A stretch of DNA of 64,000 nt from Nymphaea colorata. Taxonomy: Eukaryota. The notes below the pieces were generated by a model. It searched no databases. It saw only the letters and a list, made by a program, of their open reading frames with translations, and was not told the origin of the DNA. The translations under genes and the position numbers were made by a program. This document shows positions 13,974 through 29,063 of this stretch, piece after piece; positions within the stretch are counted from its first letter, which is position 1, and each line of letters opens with the position of its first letter. The stretch covers positions 12,648,001 through 12,712,000 of the forward strand of contig NC_045138.2 in NCBI RefSeq assembly GCF_008831285.2. The letters are read 5' to 3'.

Positions 13974-16900
13974 GATTTCAAAATAATTTGTTGATATGAA
14001 AGAAAACCTATTGGGAGTTTGAACAGGTCTGTAGGTGCTCTGCTGATGAGAAATGGTGGAAAAAAAGAGAAATGGGCTATTTTGATTAATTTTTTTATCA
14101 AAAGTAAGCTAGTAGACTAGTTATGAGTGTTTCTAATGACTTGTAGAGATGGAAATTAACCCTCATTGATCATGGGTAAGACAATTTTCAAAATTTTGAT
14201 AATTGTTCTTTAATATTAAGAAAAAATGGGGCAAATTGGTTATTTTTCAAAGTGGCGACAACTTAGGGGGATTTGGGTCTTGTTGTGCCTAGAGTATATG
14301 ATTTGATTTGGTGTAGTTCATAGCCCATGGCTTTGAAACCAATTCAAAACTTCCATTTATGAGGGGTAATAGTGATTTTGATATGTGTAAATTTCGGGTG
14401 TCTACTCAAGAATATATAAGGATTTAGAAGGATTATGTCTTGAGAGGAAAGTTGTAATAATTGTAAATTCTTTAATAGCGAAATGAAAATTGATTGATAT
14501 GCAAGGGGGGGAGTGTAATTGTTCCTTTGGGTCGGTAATGAAGAATACCGACTAGGCATAAATGTGATGTAAATAGCTTGTGGGCTTTTGTGTCCTTATA
14601 AACCATGGGATATCTGACAAAGCTAGACATACAGATAGCGAGCTTCATAGTAGTATTCAGAGTGGTAAGGATTTTTCCCTCACAGATGGAAGTTGGCTTG
14701 TTAAAGAAAGAAAACAAAAGCAAAAGGATCAAAAGCAAGGGAATCAAGAAGAAAATCAAAAGCCAAATGTACAATAAAGCAAAAAAGACAAAACAAGAAA
14801 ATAAAAAGGAAACAAAATCGTACCTACAATGAAATGAAGGGCATGAGAGCTAAATTGATAAGAATTTGAATGTTACAATCTTTATGTGGACGTGTTATTT
14901 TAGGGTCAGTATCTGCTTCTTTTTATGGTTTTTGAAGAAGCCAAGGATGATTTCTTTACTTTCATATTTTGGAAATTGAAAGGCATCCTTCCTAAAATTT
15001 CAATAAAAATTAATGTCAAATAAATTCTAATGCTTATAACATATGGTGAAAAAATGAAGACCCATATTTGTTTGGACAACCTGGCACCCAACTTTATAGC
15101 TTACATTGATAATTTACGAGTGATTTTGAATAAAAAAACTTGGCATTTTTTGTTATGTTTCTTGACCGGTTGGCCATTGTTGTAATTAACCCAATCCCTT
15201 TTTTATCTTGACAAATATTTTCTCATTCGTCATCACATTGTTGGTCAGTTCATGGAATGGACAAAACCCCTCAAACCTAGATTATGCCAGTGAGGGTGAT
15301 GAAATTCTCGACATTCACCTCTATCTCAGGAGAGGTATATCATTCATTATAAAGAACTAAACATGAGCCTTTGTTCTGGTTTAGTCCAACATTTTCAATC
15401 GTTTTTCCTACACTGTTTATCAAAATTAGGGCTTAGCCTATCATCCAAAAAACATCTTGTTGTTTTTTCAAAAGCACTGGTATCTTTTAAACTAGGGCAT
15501 TTTTGAAAAGCTATAGCTATGGAAGTTGCAAGGGTTTTTTTTTTTAGTCCATGGCTTCAACTAATTTTTATTTTAATTTTTTTGCAACAAAAGTTGGTGT
15601 AGATAAATCCATTTTTCTTGTTTACCAAAGTAAAAGGGGAGAAATTCCCTTGCTTCAACCTGTTTATGGTTCTATTAAGATTTCTGATAAAGTTCCCTTA
15701 CTTCAACTGAGTTAATTTGAACATGAAGTTCTATTTAAAATTTTCTTAATACAGAATTTCCAATGCAGTTTACTTAATACTGAGGCAAAAGTGGTGGAAC
15801 TCCCATACATCCAATCCATTTTACAATGAATAGCATTAAATAGATGAAGCTTGTCCCTTTACCACATTTTTCATGTTCAAATTTTGAAATTTTCATTAAC
15901 AAGTTTTGAATCAAGTTTTTTTTACTCTATAGAAAATTTGGAGCATTTATCTTTGCCACTAAACTTGACTGAGTACCAAAGTGGGTATCTTTGAATACCT
16001 CAAAATTTCCACTTCTAAACTTACCATTTCATTCTCAGCATGTTTGTTTTGGACCCATTTTCAGGGCATTTTCTAATTATTGAAGTCATTGCAATTCTTA
16101 ACCATTGGTAGTCCTAACCAACCTTGCCTTATCCCCTCTCAAGGATTCATCACTCAAGGCATAGCAAAACCCTAGGTCAACCCCATGCTATTTTACCATT
16201 TTTTCTTGGAGCCCTAGGAAAACCATGAAAATTGACCAACCTGGATATATTAACCTAAGTTGGCCTTGTTTAAAGCCTAGTTTGAATTCTAGTAGTATCG
16301 TTTATGGTTCATTGGATGTTCTGCTTGGCTTATTTTAACTTAATCCAACTTAATTGAGCTTAGCAAACACCATTTTTCAGAAATGGTAGGTTTCTTTCAA
16401 ATTTATCATAGATATAGTTGCTTCGAATAAGTAACTGCATTATTATATTTGAGACCTTATCCACGCATCATATATTCCCTAATTTTGTAACCTACCAAAT
16501 GAGCACATGTTTTGTTTCATGTTGCTGCTCAGTGAGTTAAACAATAAATTTAGGTAAGAGGTTGATATTGAATGTAATAAGTATCAGAATAAAAAGTATG
16601 TATGACACAAGCAACATTGAAATATAAGGTAAAGAACGTGGCATTTTATTGTCTATGAACTATGAGGTTATCTGATGTGTCTGGTGTTCTCTAATGGTGA
16701 TATGAGAGAGTTAACTATTCCTAGACAATATCTTGGATATGTTATTTCTGGTTGTTTTATCCCCTAGATGATGTGCCTTCTTATGGTACTTGTCAATAAG
16801 ATGTTCCAAGTGAAACTAAAACTCTAGCTGTAACTCTAGCCTTATTGGAGAATTATCAACATGTGGTTCCAGTTATTTTATGATTATGTTGTTACACATA

Positions 16901-19900
16901 CTAAAATATTTGACTTGGTGAGGTTCTCTAATTTAACTATCACTAGGTTTTCCAATCTATGTACCTTTTTGAAAGAAAATACTTAAGTTTTCTTTCCTAT
17001 AGTCTTGTGAATATGTGTTGTCTATTGGTGTTTCCTTTTTCATTTTGTCATTTTTGCTTCTAAATACCAAGGCCTAAAGTTAGAAAAATATGATGCAGGT
17101 TTGCATGGGCATTTATATGTGATATATTTTCATGTTGGGAGCTGTGTATTCCTGGCAATATGAAATAGGGGAGATGAATGACATGTTCTATGTCTATTGG
17201 CTTCCCTTGTTGGGACCTTGATGCCTTGAATAGTACCTGCCAAACAGTGTCCATTATTGTAGCAAGAAATGTCCTAAAAGACATGCCAGTAATAGGTTGG
17301 ACAAATTGGCTTGTTAATTGGACAAGCATCCAAGCTTTGTCTTGTAGGTTTAATTGTTGCATATAGCCAGCTGACAATAAGGATATGAGAGTTTTCAAAA
17401 TGAAAAATTTAAGTTACCTGCTGTTCCCATGGGGTTCATTCTTGTATCTGTACTTCCAAATAGACAATGAAATGTGCTTTCTTCCAAACAGAAGTGGACC
17501 ATTTTTCTGATGGGTTCTTGTGTCAATCTTTGAGGGTAAGTCTATCTACCGACTTCAGCAGTAAGGGGCTTGCTGCATTTAATGTCAAGGGTGGACCGGT
17601 ATGAAGACTTTTGACATTATATGGTACAAAACCCTTTTGTTTTGGATAATTGGCTTGATTTTTGTGTGGAATACTATTTTTAGTACACTACCTGACACTA
17701 GATTAGGATAGATTTCAAATACTCCCTACAACTTTGCTCTAGTGGAACTACCCATTTTTAGCTGTACAAAGTTCAGACCTGGTTGTCATGTTACTTTGGC
17801 TGCCATTTTGGTAGCCCTTGTTCAATTTCATCCAACCAAGTTCAATTAATCCATACCGCGCTTAGGATATCTCAATCACACTAAGGCTAGCTTAACCCTA
17901 TCTCACTTTCCCATCAATTCATCCAAGATGTTTGAGGTCAATTTAAATTCAATTCTGCTATATTATCTCATATCAATCTGGTGACAACTTATTTATGAAT
18001 GAATGGAAGCAACCTAACTCAGTTTTAGTCAAATCCCCTATTGCAGTGCGATTTTAGTTTTACATATCCACTAACCTTATGTACTTCACTCAGTCAGTCA
18101 CTTTACTCCTATTTATGCCTAGAGCTTGTTTGAACTCGATTTTCATTAGAATCCTCTATTTTCTTGATTAATGACATTTCATGAGCTACAGATCTAGGTT
18201 CCTCAAGCTCAATTTTCAAAAAATCAACTTCAAACTTACTAAGCCAGCCTTTTTCCCAATATATTCAAAACTTTCCTATTTGTAGTAGTTTTTTTTAGAA
18301 GATCAGGATGTTTATTAGAGCCATCTGAATCAAACCCTAACGAACCAGTGGACCATGATCTGGCCCAATTGACTCACCCAAACCCAATTGATTTAGAAAT
18401 CTGTGCCAAGGATAAGATGGCATTTCATCTTAGTCATCTAAAGGTGGTTTGTTCGTTTCGCTCAACAATTTCTCAAATTTTCTATATTATGCATGCCCAA
18501 TATCCTATTTTTACTTTACTCAACCCATGTGGGCCCATGGCTTGAGGGTGCACACTATTGAATTCAATGGCCCTAATCAAGTTGAGTCTGAACCAACTTA
18601 TCTCTAACCTGTTTAAATTCACATATGAGTCAAATTGAGCGTAGCTATGCCCACTGAATTCAGGTTGTTACCCCAGGTCCAGCGTATTCAACTCAAGACG
18701 ACCAAACAAGCTTAATTTAAACCTAACCCTTCTTCAAAGTTAGTTGAGCCAAGGTTCAACCCTAGCTCTACCCATGTTCAATTTTACTGTGATTATTTTT
18801 GGCTTTGTGTCCATCATATTCTGTATATTAGGGATTGTATTTTGTGTCTGGTTGTTTCGGAGTTAAAATTACAGCATTAAGGACCATTAGTTTTTTAAAC
18901 TCTTTGCTAACATATCCGTATGATATGTTCAACTTTGACAAGGTTGGTCAATTGAAAATTATACCTTGGGATGGCTGTTCTACATATGAACATAATTTCT
19001 ATAATTGCAAACTTCCAACATTATAGACCCTTGATTATAAAAATCTCTTATATAATATACATATAGAACATTATCTATAGATAAAAAATTAACTTCCACA
19101 AAAAGCCATAGATCATCCCATAGATAATATTTGCAAATGGTTGTTTGTGTTGATGTGATATATGCAAAGGCACCTAAAAACTAACTATCCTTCATTTTCT
19201 GCCAATGTCTTAGACCAAAAAATAGTGTATTACTGGTAAATGTGATATTGTTTGTATTTAAATAATTAGCTCAAATTAAAAAGAAAAAATTTGTACAAGT
19301 TTTATTTTATCTATGAATCTTATAGTGCTAAATTTATATATAAGGCCTAAATCTCATAATATAGTTAGTAACAAAGGCTCCCAAGAAACTCAATGCATAA
19401 TCTATGACAAATGTGCTAAAGATGGCTTGTTGTTCTAGGATTAGTTTAACAAAAGATATGTAAGCGGCATCTTTTGGTGATGTCTTTTTCCCAAAATTTG
19501 TGAGAACTTATCAAATATAAAGGAAAGTGATAGGTCAAGGGTTCTATTTCCAAGTGTTAATGGATATTGGTACTGAGTATGACCAGCCATGGCCCCCCTC
19601 GGTACATAGCCATTTGTAGTTATACTTGACCATCAAATCTATAAAACTCACAAGATATTGGCACATTCTTTGTCCCAAGTGCACCTAAAAGACTACATAA
19701 AATGTGTGCCATGTGAGTTGTGGAGAATTCTTATAGCAGATCAAAGGGCTTTCACACAAAAGTTACGGCTGTAGTGACATCAAACTGTATATCCTCAACA
19801 AAAAAACTTGGTATCTCTTTCTCCATGCCTCTAATCTATTTGCTATCACATGTCTAGAATGCATGGTTAACCATTTGTCGAATGAAGGTTACTTGAAAAG

Positions 19901-22900
19901 TGACTTCCATCTCCTAGGTACTCTTCATTTAAATAGATGTACCTAGGTCCTCCATCGTATAGAGTATTTGTTGCTAGAGACAACTTTACCTTATGCATGG
20001 TTAACCATAAGTGTGAATATTAATGTTAAAGAATTTGTAAATAATGATATTTAAACATTGATTAGTTTGAAAATTCATATATTTTAGTAACATATATATG
20101 CACACATCAATGAGGTTTTTTCTTCTCCTTGAATAGGACCATGCATCTATAGGGCAGATGTTGTCCGTCCATTATATAACTAATGCAATCATAATAGGAG
20201 CTGGTATAGAAATGGCAGTATTCATAATACCTTTTTGAGTTCATGCATAGCAAATGATTTTTTATTTAATTTTCATTTTTCTATCTTTCCAAATGTTGAT
20301 TCTTAGTCACTAGCTCTATCATATTAAACATACTGGTTCATTCATAAGCAGAATGGAATTTATTATAAACCTTTTTCTTAGTCTTGTTATATGTTCTAAT
20401 ATGTCTACTAACTTACAAGTTAACAGCTACCATCGCTTAATCTGAAAATGGGCATTGCCATGATAATACCTCTTCCTAAGTGGTTTTCTCTCAAGATATG
20501 ACAAGTCAACATACAATTACTATTGTCCATTAGCTCTAACTTAAGGTATTTCTTGATAGAGTATGACACTTTTTTAACTTCACGTTGTTCCAACAAAAAT
20601 TCAAAAACGCTGAGAATTTCAGAATGAGAATGAAATTGTTGTTTAAGCAAACAAATTGGGTTATTGTTAATAGAAAATGTATGAAGTAGCAATTGCATGT
20701 TATTCCTTTTTTAACAGCAAATAAAATACATAAGGAGATATAAGTCACTATGCTGTTTATCTATCCCTATTTGGAATCATGGATGATGGGAAGTTTGGAA
20801 ATTGTAATTTCTTGCCCTAGTTCATTAGCTCCAAAACATTTGCCTCTAGCAATAATACTTTTGAAAGTGGCTCATTTAGAAGCTGCCTTATAAGATGACT
20901 TTCATTACTAGAATTCTCTTATTGTAGTAACTATGCAATGGAACATGTTCCCTCATTATACAAATCAATATGACAACGAGCCTTTTGTAAGCAACCTCTA
21001 TGGCAACTGGGTCAAGATCATGCAGGAAGGTTGCTACTATACAATTCAAGTAAATTGATTTCCAAAAATTTAAAAAGACATGCAAAAATATGGGTTCTCC
21101 TCTATGGTTCTCCTTATGAGTAATATAATACATAAAAAATTTTGTGGATTCTTGTAATGAATATTTTTATCAGGATTATCAACATGCTTAATTAACACAA
21201 GCATACAAATACATACTATATTCAAAGTGAGGTTATCAAAAACTTTAATTTTGATATATTCCATTTTTTATGTGTACTAATTATGCCTTTGCTTCTTTGC
21301 TGGTTGCATTTTGAATTATGTCAAACAGTTACATTTTATTTTAGAAGTTTCATTTTCTTACATTTTTTTTGTTTTCCTTTCTTTTCTAGCTCTTGTCCCT
21401 GCATGGTGTGATATTTAAATCATGGTGGCTGCTGGTCATAGGCCAAAAATGGATAGACATTATCAACATGCTCAGTTCTTTGACTTCTGTTAGTGCATTC
21501 CACATACTTAACAGCACTTTTTAGTACGTGTTCATGTTTTTCATAAATTTTATATGTACCTTGTAGTAATTCATCTTTTATTGCCACATGTTCTATGTTA
21601 CCCCCTCCATTAACAAACTGACCTCAGGACTGCCGATGTCCAAAAGTGTTTTTGGCAACATAAATATAGGAAGTATTTGTAGGATATCATCCAACGCAAC
21701 ATGAATATGACAATATACTTTGTCTTGATATTGGTTGTCAACTAAGGTAGTCTACTTGTGCTGCTTGAATGGGTACATGTTTTATATTTCAACAATACCT
21801 AATAGAATAAAGCTTGCTAATTACTCCTAACATGAATGTGATTTTCATGTTTAATTTGTAGTATTGTTCATTTAGGATTTTAGTTCAGATTAGATGAGTA
21901 CCTACATTATGTTTTTGAATTTTAGGGCTTCAAACAAATATTAAATTCCTTATGACTGCAATGACACATGTGCTGCAATAATGCCTTCTAATTACTCCTA
22001 AATGGGAATGTGTTTCTCGTTTGTTTGATCAAATGAGTCGTTGAATTATGTATTAGATTGAAACGGCACCTAGTTTATATTGTTTCTGAGTTTTGGGGAA
22101 CAAACAAATGGCAAGTTTCTTATGTTGATTTTATGCATGAATTGAACAACACTTTGATTATTTGGTGGCAGATATGTCAAGATAGAGATTTGGAATAAAT
22201 GGCCATTTGCCAAATGAATTAAGCTATTTGCATATTCACAAGTGGGTTTTTTGTGCTCATGTACCTAAATGTATAGTTCTTAAAGTCAGATGAATGCTAT
22301 AAGATCCAGATTTAGTTAATACCTCTCAATCTACCTATTACCATAGGATTTCTTGATTTGCCAATTTTTAATCCCTTGATGTCTGCTTCTCTTTTGATCT
22401 TTACATTTCTTTATCCCTTTCTATTCTTGCCTCTCTTTTGATTTCTAGATCTCTACCTCTCTCTCTCTCTTTCTCTCTTTCTCTTTCTCTCTCATTGTAT
22501 TCCAACAATGCAGCTGACCAATTCGTTGCTTTATTTTGATCACATCCATATATCTTCATCTAACCATAGAAATTTCTAAGTTTCCTTATTGGCCACTACA
22601 ATAAGGCCATAGGATGTAGCTACTTTTGCACATGCAGCCCTTGCATTAGTATTGACACCAGAGGGCAATTCCATGTCTGCCAATAACTTGTGACAGCTGG
22701 AGAGTGCTTCACAAGGTGATAGGTGAAAAGTAGTTATTTTATAGCCAAATGTTTCTAGAGGTGATGAAAGCTTTGAGAAGTAGTTGTCACAAGAAATTGT
22801 GGAAGATGGTTTTATAGTTGAACTATCTGTTGTAGCAATGAAAGTGAAACTATTTGTTGATCATGAAGAACTTTATATATTGGCACGTCCATGTGGAGAT

Positions 22901-25884
22901 TATGGATGGCAAGGAATCACACTATAGTGACAAGAAGATGGGGGCTCTTAAGTGCAAAGCCAACAAGATCTAGAGGCATTGAGTCCTTTTCAGCCTTTCA
23001 GAATCTGGTAGAGGCTAGTGAATCACTAAAATTTTAGCTGTCCATTGGCAATTTAGTAGGTAGGTGGCCACATATTCTTTAGGGCAATTTTTGTGTGCAA
23101 GTGGCTTTCAAATTTGTAGGAGTTGAGAAATTCACAACTTTGGGTATGCACAAATATGACAACATGCAGACTGACTCAAGAAAGTTCAGTATCTATACGA
23201 ATGGACTAATGCCAGAAACCTGGGCTCTTGAGAAAGTCCTCGCCTCTCAAGACCTCATCCAAGTTAATCAGGTCCTATTGATCCCCAATCAGAATGAATG
23301 GAGAAGCTAGATTCAGGCACATGCAGAGGGTAGAGGGTTGATTCACAATAAGTTCCTTGCAGTTGTCGAGGCAATTCACAAAGTTTCAGTTTTTGCAGAT
23401 GATCTAGCTCTAGAGATTTTGTCTATCATCAAGTAGTATTAGGCCATTTTTGCTTTGTCTTTCTGGTCCATTATTTTTGGTTTGGAGCACCTTTTGGCTT
23501 CCTCTATTGAAGTATAGCTCTATTCTTAAACTTTTGTTATAGCTAGTCGTTGTTGCTTGATAAAAGATAGGAGGCTAGCCTCTAGTAGGGTTGTTTCAGA
23601 ACTATTATCAACCATGAGGCATGTTGCAACCTATGCTCCTTTAAAATGGTTCATATATCATGTAATTTATGTTTTAGAGAGATGATATTTATCCTACCTT
23701 CATTAACCATGTCAATAACATCTAAATCATTTTACTTAAATTGGAAAACTAATGAATGATGGACTTTTGTTTTTCCTCTAGTAGTGACCAAACTTGTACA
23801 GACTTTGCATCTTGATGAGCTTTTGTTTCACTTAATCTCTTCTTCCTTTGAAGTTGTCGGCTGATCTATTGAAGAATGTACTCAATTACATGTATGCATT
23901 CATGTTGACTTCTTCTCCTTTGTTCAAGAAAGGATAGAAGCTGATATTAATTAGTTGTGGAGGAGTCACATCTTTAACTTGCAAGTCAAATGCCTACCTT
24001 CCATCTCAATGTTGTACCAAGATCAATAGAATTGTAAAACACACTCATTAATATGATGATATGGTATTTATTGTAGATTAGGATCTTAAGCAGTGAGAAG
24101 ACAGCACCTTATTGAATCATTTGTTGACATGAATATGCTTTTCTCCTGAATTAATCTTCTTAGAAAATTTCCTCTGAGAAGCTATGAAGTTACTCATGGT
24201 TCTTTTCTTAGTTAGATGATGCATTTTGGTCTTTTGTATCCTAACAGAATGTACAAAGTATATTTGAAGTTGACAATGAAATCTTTTTTTTAGGACTCGT
24301 GACACTAGATGGAGTGACTTAGGCTATCTTTTACCTCTTGCAGTTGTTCCCTACATATTTTTATTGTAAACTTTCTTCACCAATTTATTGCTACTCTGGT
24401 CCACTTTCATATTCTCACTAATCAATGAAGTATGCTAGTTTTTCCTAGCTTCAAGTATCTTAGCCTCTTGTTGCTTTCAATCCTCTTGCATGTGCCATAG
24501 CCATCTAAGAGCATCAAAAATAGGTTTGGCCTAAGCACATGCTCAAATAGAAGAGTCCTTGCTAGAAAATGGGACTTTGGGCAGTGGAAGATGTGGATTC
24601 CTTAAATATGTTATTTATTTTGGTTTATTGTGAATATCTTGGAGATAACCTTAAGAGCTGTCGATTGTGAAAATATCAGTTTTATGATCACCTATATTCC
24701 CCTCTTTAGAGGTCATCTTTCTCTTTAATTAAGTACGATGCATGTTCCTATTTGCAACTGATCATATTTAGAACTATTTTTCCTCTTAAACGAAATTATT
24801 TGTCACCCTTCATTAAGTTGCTTATTTTAGATAACTTAGAATTCTTGAATAGCTGAGCAATGTTGAATAAACTTGGTGATATTTGTGTAACAGAATTTTT
24901 CTGTTCTCATTGAGCATGATGTGTGCTTCTTGGTCCTTGGTTCCTTTGGCCTTTTTCTATGCTTTTAAAGCCATCAATTTCTCTTTCTTCTTGCTTGTAC
25001 CTTATACTAAAATGATATGCTTTTGTTTTGCAGCACACATGCCTACTTTTGTCATCATGAACATATTTGTTTGTAGGACTTCTTTTCATTGTTTGTGTTC
25101 ATTTTTTTGCATTTTCCAAGGGTGACTGCCCTTTTTGTTAACCGTATGGTTCTAATTGCTTCGGGACTACTATTTCTTCTTTGTTTTCATTATCATTGAA
25201 GAATCCTTGCTTCGCTTGACTTTTTATAATGGTATTCTTGACAAAGTGGTGACGGATCAGTGGCAACACCTACTATTATTAGTCGAGACACTTGCAAAGA
25301 CAAATGCTCTAAAGCAGGAAACTATTAGTAGATCTTGGGTAAGCACGGCAGCCATGTTCCAAAGTAAACAAAATCATAGAAGAAAACTCTCTTATTTCTT
25401 TTCTACTGCCATCTATAACTATTTTAAGAATTCCATGAATTTTATTCTCTCTCTTTCCCATGACCTAACCCCAATCCTGCCCCATGTGCGTGTGTGTGTG
25501 TGTGTGGCTGGGTTTACTGTTCCTAAAATTGATATTGATACTAATAAGGTGTATACTAGGAATGATGTGAGTACTGTTCCTTTATATATGTTCAAATGTA
25601 TTTGAAATTTTAAATTTTAAGAACATATTGATTCCTAGTGAATCTTCATTAGGGATGGGTCGTAACCATTCCTAATGATTTAGGAACACCATCCTTATGA
25701 ATGTTATATAGATGGTTGCCTAGTTGTTTCTAATTACTTTCAAAACTTGCCCATACTATTAGGAATGGTTCCTAGCCAATCCTAAAAATGATATGTTGGG
25801 TACATCCATCATGCAGCAACGGGACAAAGATTTTATGAAGGCATCATGTATTGTAGAGACCACCATCAACAAATATTGATCATT

Positions 25885-26154
25885 CACCTTGAGGCTGGGG
25901 CAATATAGTGCAATCAAGTGGCAAGGTACGGCTCACACTTAAGGGTCTGAGGTTCGAATCATGTGGTTGTTATCACACTTCTTGTGTGTTACTCTTCTAA
26001 ACTGCAAAATATTGACTAGTGTGAAACTAGAGTTGAAGGACATACCATAGGTCAACCTAAGCCCTGAGTCAAGCTAAATCCTTAGACTCATAAGGGTATG
26101 GCCTTGGAGGTCTTACTCCAAATGCGGTTTCACCTAAATAAACATTAAAAAACA
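25885..26154 (+). mobile_element. Candidate tRNA-derived SINE (~270 bp)
   Basis: A-box-like ..TCAAGTGG at ~25914-25921 and B-box GGTTCGAATC at 25951-25960, with an A-rich tail. Flanked by a 17-bp direct repeat with 2 mismatches: AACAAATATTGATCATT (25868-25884) and AACAAATATTGGTTATT (26155-26171). Confidence 0.65.
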
Positions 26155-28374
26155 AACAAATATTGGTTATTAGAGCGCAAGAAATTTGGGCTAGATAAGG
26201 AAGTCCAGCAACTATATATGGCTTAGGGATCTCAAGATCCATACATAAATAACTCTCCATGAATCAAGAACTTAAAATGGAAAGAGAGGTATTGCCAATA
26301 TGCACCAGATAATACTCAACAGCACTATCAAAGAGGGGGATATCATGTCAGAAACTCTAAAAAATGTTATTCAAAACATTTTTTATGCATTCCATGAGGT
26401 TCATTTCCCACCATCGAACATTTGGAATGAAACAGAAGGCTCTGTTCCAATGCATTCTGTTGGGCAGCCAAATATGATATATGCCGAAGGGTTTGACATT
26501 GCCTACAAGGGATTGAGTATAGGTCTCCCCATGGAACTCTTTCTGAACAAACTCAGAGTGATACCAGCCATTCATCTATCTACAGTTCCATTTTGATCGT
26601 TCGATGCCAATCTGTGCCACGCATTAATGATGCTCATCTGTAGGGTCAGCCGGTTGACGCAGCAGCTACAGCGCAGTGACATCATGCAACTGCTGTTGCT
26701 GTGCATGTGATTAATGGCATCACAAGGCCGAGGCATGAATTCCGTTGGTTCTATTCTTCAGTAGCATCACTTTTTCCAAATTCGTTCCGACCTGATCCTT
26801 TCTTCTTGCAGCTCCGTGTATCTCAAAAATGCGGCTGTCCTACTTTTGTGGCTAGGCAGTAAAAGCAGCAGAAGTGAAACTTTGGGTTTGACTTATATGC
26901 ACTTTTCCCTCTGGAGATGAGAAAAAAAAGGGAGCAAGTAAATTCTGTTCTATTTTGAAGTTTAAGCTGTTGTCTATGACTTTTTTTTCTCTTCCTCACT
27001 TGCACATAGCTTTCCGTCGCCAAGAAAAGTTTCCAAAGCAAGAATATATACAGGTAGAAATTAAAGGTACAAAAAGTGAGGTTCTTTAAACGGCGGCCTC
27101 CACTAAAACTGGAGGAAAAATAATTAGATGCATGAAACAACGGAAACTCTCATGATCTTTCCAAAGTACAAAAGGGTGTTCGACTAATTCTTTTTCCTTT
27201 TAGAAAGAAGGCAAATCAATTAAACGGTGAATCTATGATCCGTTCGCATTGGACGATGTTGAGAAAATCAGTACTTAGTTCCTTTATTTAATGGGGATCA
27301 ATAATGTTTCCAAAACATGGCAGTGCAGAAGGAACTAATATGTTTCAGCATCATCATGAATAGGTAGTCATTATACCAAGCAAATACTTTGGTTAATTGC
27401 TTCCCATCCAAAAATGAGATTGATTATACATTAAATTTCTCTTTTAGGCATAACATGGCCAGTAAACATCTCTGAAAATCAACAGTAACTCCTGAGCCAC
27501 TGAATCAATTGGAAATTCATGATTTGCTATTGATGCATGGAAACCATGGGAGGCTACCAGAGAGAAGCTTGTTGCCCGACCCTTTTAGTTTCTGCAAACT
27601 TAAGAAAATAAATATGGTGGTTCACAAATTAATTAGATACACATAGCCACTTGAGAAGAAACTAGGCAAGTGTTAATCAAAGTTGTTACATAAGATGATG
27701 ACAACCATGATGCATGACAATCACATGACGGGTATGCCTGCTAAAGTTTATTTTGAGGATACAATTTATCAAACAGTAAAGAAAAATGTGAAGAAAATTG
27801 AAGTATTCGACACAGCAACTGGTTACCAAACGAAAAAACGGAAGAACTAAATACACGTGGCTTGGGAAAATGGATCAGAAGATCAGAAAAAGAAGCAAGC
27901 TGATATTATTGCCTCTCGAAATTTAGGCGATAGTCAGAAACATGCATAGTGAGTTTAATTAGAAATTTTGAGCTTTTCTCCAGGCCTGAATATCTATTTG
28001 TTTAGCAACTCACAGTGGATATGGGCACATAAACATGCAAACCTCCATTGTTCTTCAGAAAAACTGAAACATTAATGAAAAAAAGGGAGAGAGAAGAATT
28101 CCTAGAATTTAATCCATATCCAAAATATTTCGAACCAATCCTAAAAACCAACATGGAGAAAAGAAAAGGACAAACCCCATCTTTGGTATTGATAGTAAAA
28201 ATATGAAGGTGCTTCTAGATCCAATACCCCGAATACTCCATTCATGGATCCTATACAAATGGCATCCGGAAAATTCAAAAGAAACAACTCTTTTCCATCC
28301 TTTTTGTTTTTCCCTTTCCATGTCTATAACCTCTATTGCTCCATCTGCGTCTTGTGATCTAAAGAGTTAGCCGT

Positions 28375-28899
28375 TTAGAACAGGTGGTGGTCGGTTTCTA
28401 TTGGAAACAATGAAGATTCTGAGAAGTCCGAAGAACCCATATGGAGGAGACGGGCAACGAAGCTGTCTATGTCACCAAGATCCTGTTCGAAGCTGGAACT
28501 GTCGATTCTCCATGAGATCTCTTCCTCCTCCTCCTCTTTGACGGCCTTAGCGGCTACGGTTTCTGCTTCAACTGCTGCTGGTGATGATGAAGACGATGGT
28601 CCATCTGACGTGATATCGGATTGCTGCTGTTTCTTTGCGGATTTTCGCGTCGACTTGGAGGTGGCGGGCGTCGGCTTCCCTGTGAGTTTCTGAACCAGTT
28701 CTCGGAAATTGGCAGGGTCTGTTTTGATTATCTCCGGTGAAAAAACGTGAATGATTCTGACGGCAGGTGATGGGAGCTTGGTTGTAGTTGCCCCTCCTGT
28801 TCTTGGTTTTGTGATGGTGTGAGAATCTCTGCATGCGCCCAACATGGTGCTTGGCCTGTCGCCGCCGGGATCTCGCCGGCGGCTCAATTCATCGTCCAT
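28375..28899 (-). CDS. VQ motif-containing protein (174 aa, intronless; resembles the Arabidopsis VQ17/18/25/26 group)
   Basis: VRIIHVFSPEIIKTDPANFRELVQKLTG contains the FxxxVQxLTG motif with the RIIH.F.PEIIKTD prefix. The ATG at 28899 follows a CT-rich 5' UTR; the longer ORF from 29094 runs through the promoter and is unlikely to be used. Confidence 0.92.
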   Translation of the reverse strand: MDDELSRRRDPGGDRPSTMLGACRDSHTITKPRTGGATTTKLPSPAVRIIHVFSPEIIKTDPANFRELVQKLTGKPTPATSKSTRKSAKKQQQSDITSDGPSSSSSPAAVEAETVAAKAVKEEEEEEISWRIDSSSFEQDLGDIDSFVARLLHMGSSDFSESSLFPIETDHHLF

Positions 28900-28971
28900 C
28901 TGAGAAAGAGAGATCAGAGAGAGAGAGAGAGAGAGATGAAGGTGTGTTATTACATTCCGCAGCTGTTTTGT

Positions 28972-29063
28972 CATATATAGGCGTTTGCTTTTGAGAGAAG
29001 GGGGAAGAGAGAGAGAGGATCCTGTGAGCGCGTTGGCTTCGATTGATGAAGCGGGCGGGTCAA
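28972..29063 (-). promoter_or_regulatory. Putative core promoter of the VQ gene (TATA box and W-box)
   Basis: CTATATATG on the minus strand at ~28972-28980, about 75 nt upstream of the ATG. W-box TTGACC (minus) at 29058-29063. Confidence 0.5.

Noticed and set aside
14490..14520. PPT plus LTR start (AAGGGGGGAG TGTAA)
   Set aside because: No partner LTR and no recognisable pol sequence upstream.
17060..17640. Possible LINE zf-RVT/3' relic on the minus strand
   Set aside because: Motif similarity is too weak to support without a profile search.
22700..23600. Possible LINE RNase H relic (..WALEKVL.., ..ADDLA)
   Set aside because: Only vague motif resemblance and heavily degenerate.
25900..25975. 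tRNA gene
   Set aside because: A B-box is present but I could not build a cloverleaf or acceptor stem; a SINE head explains it better.
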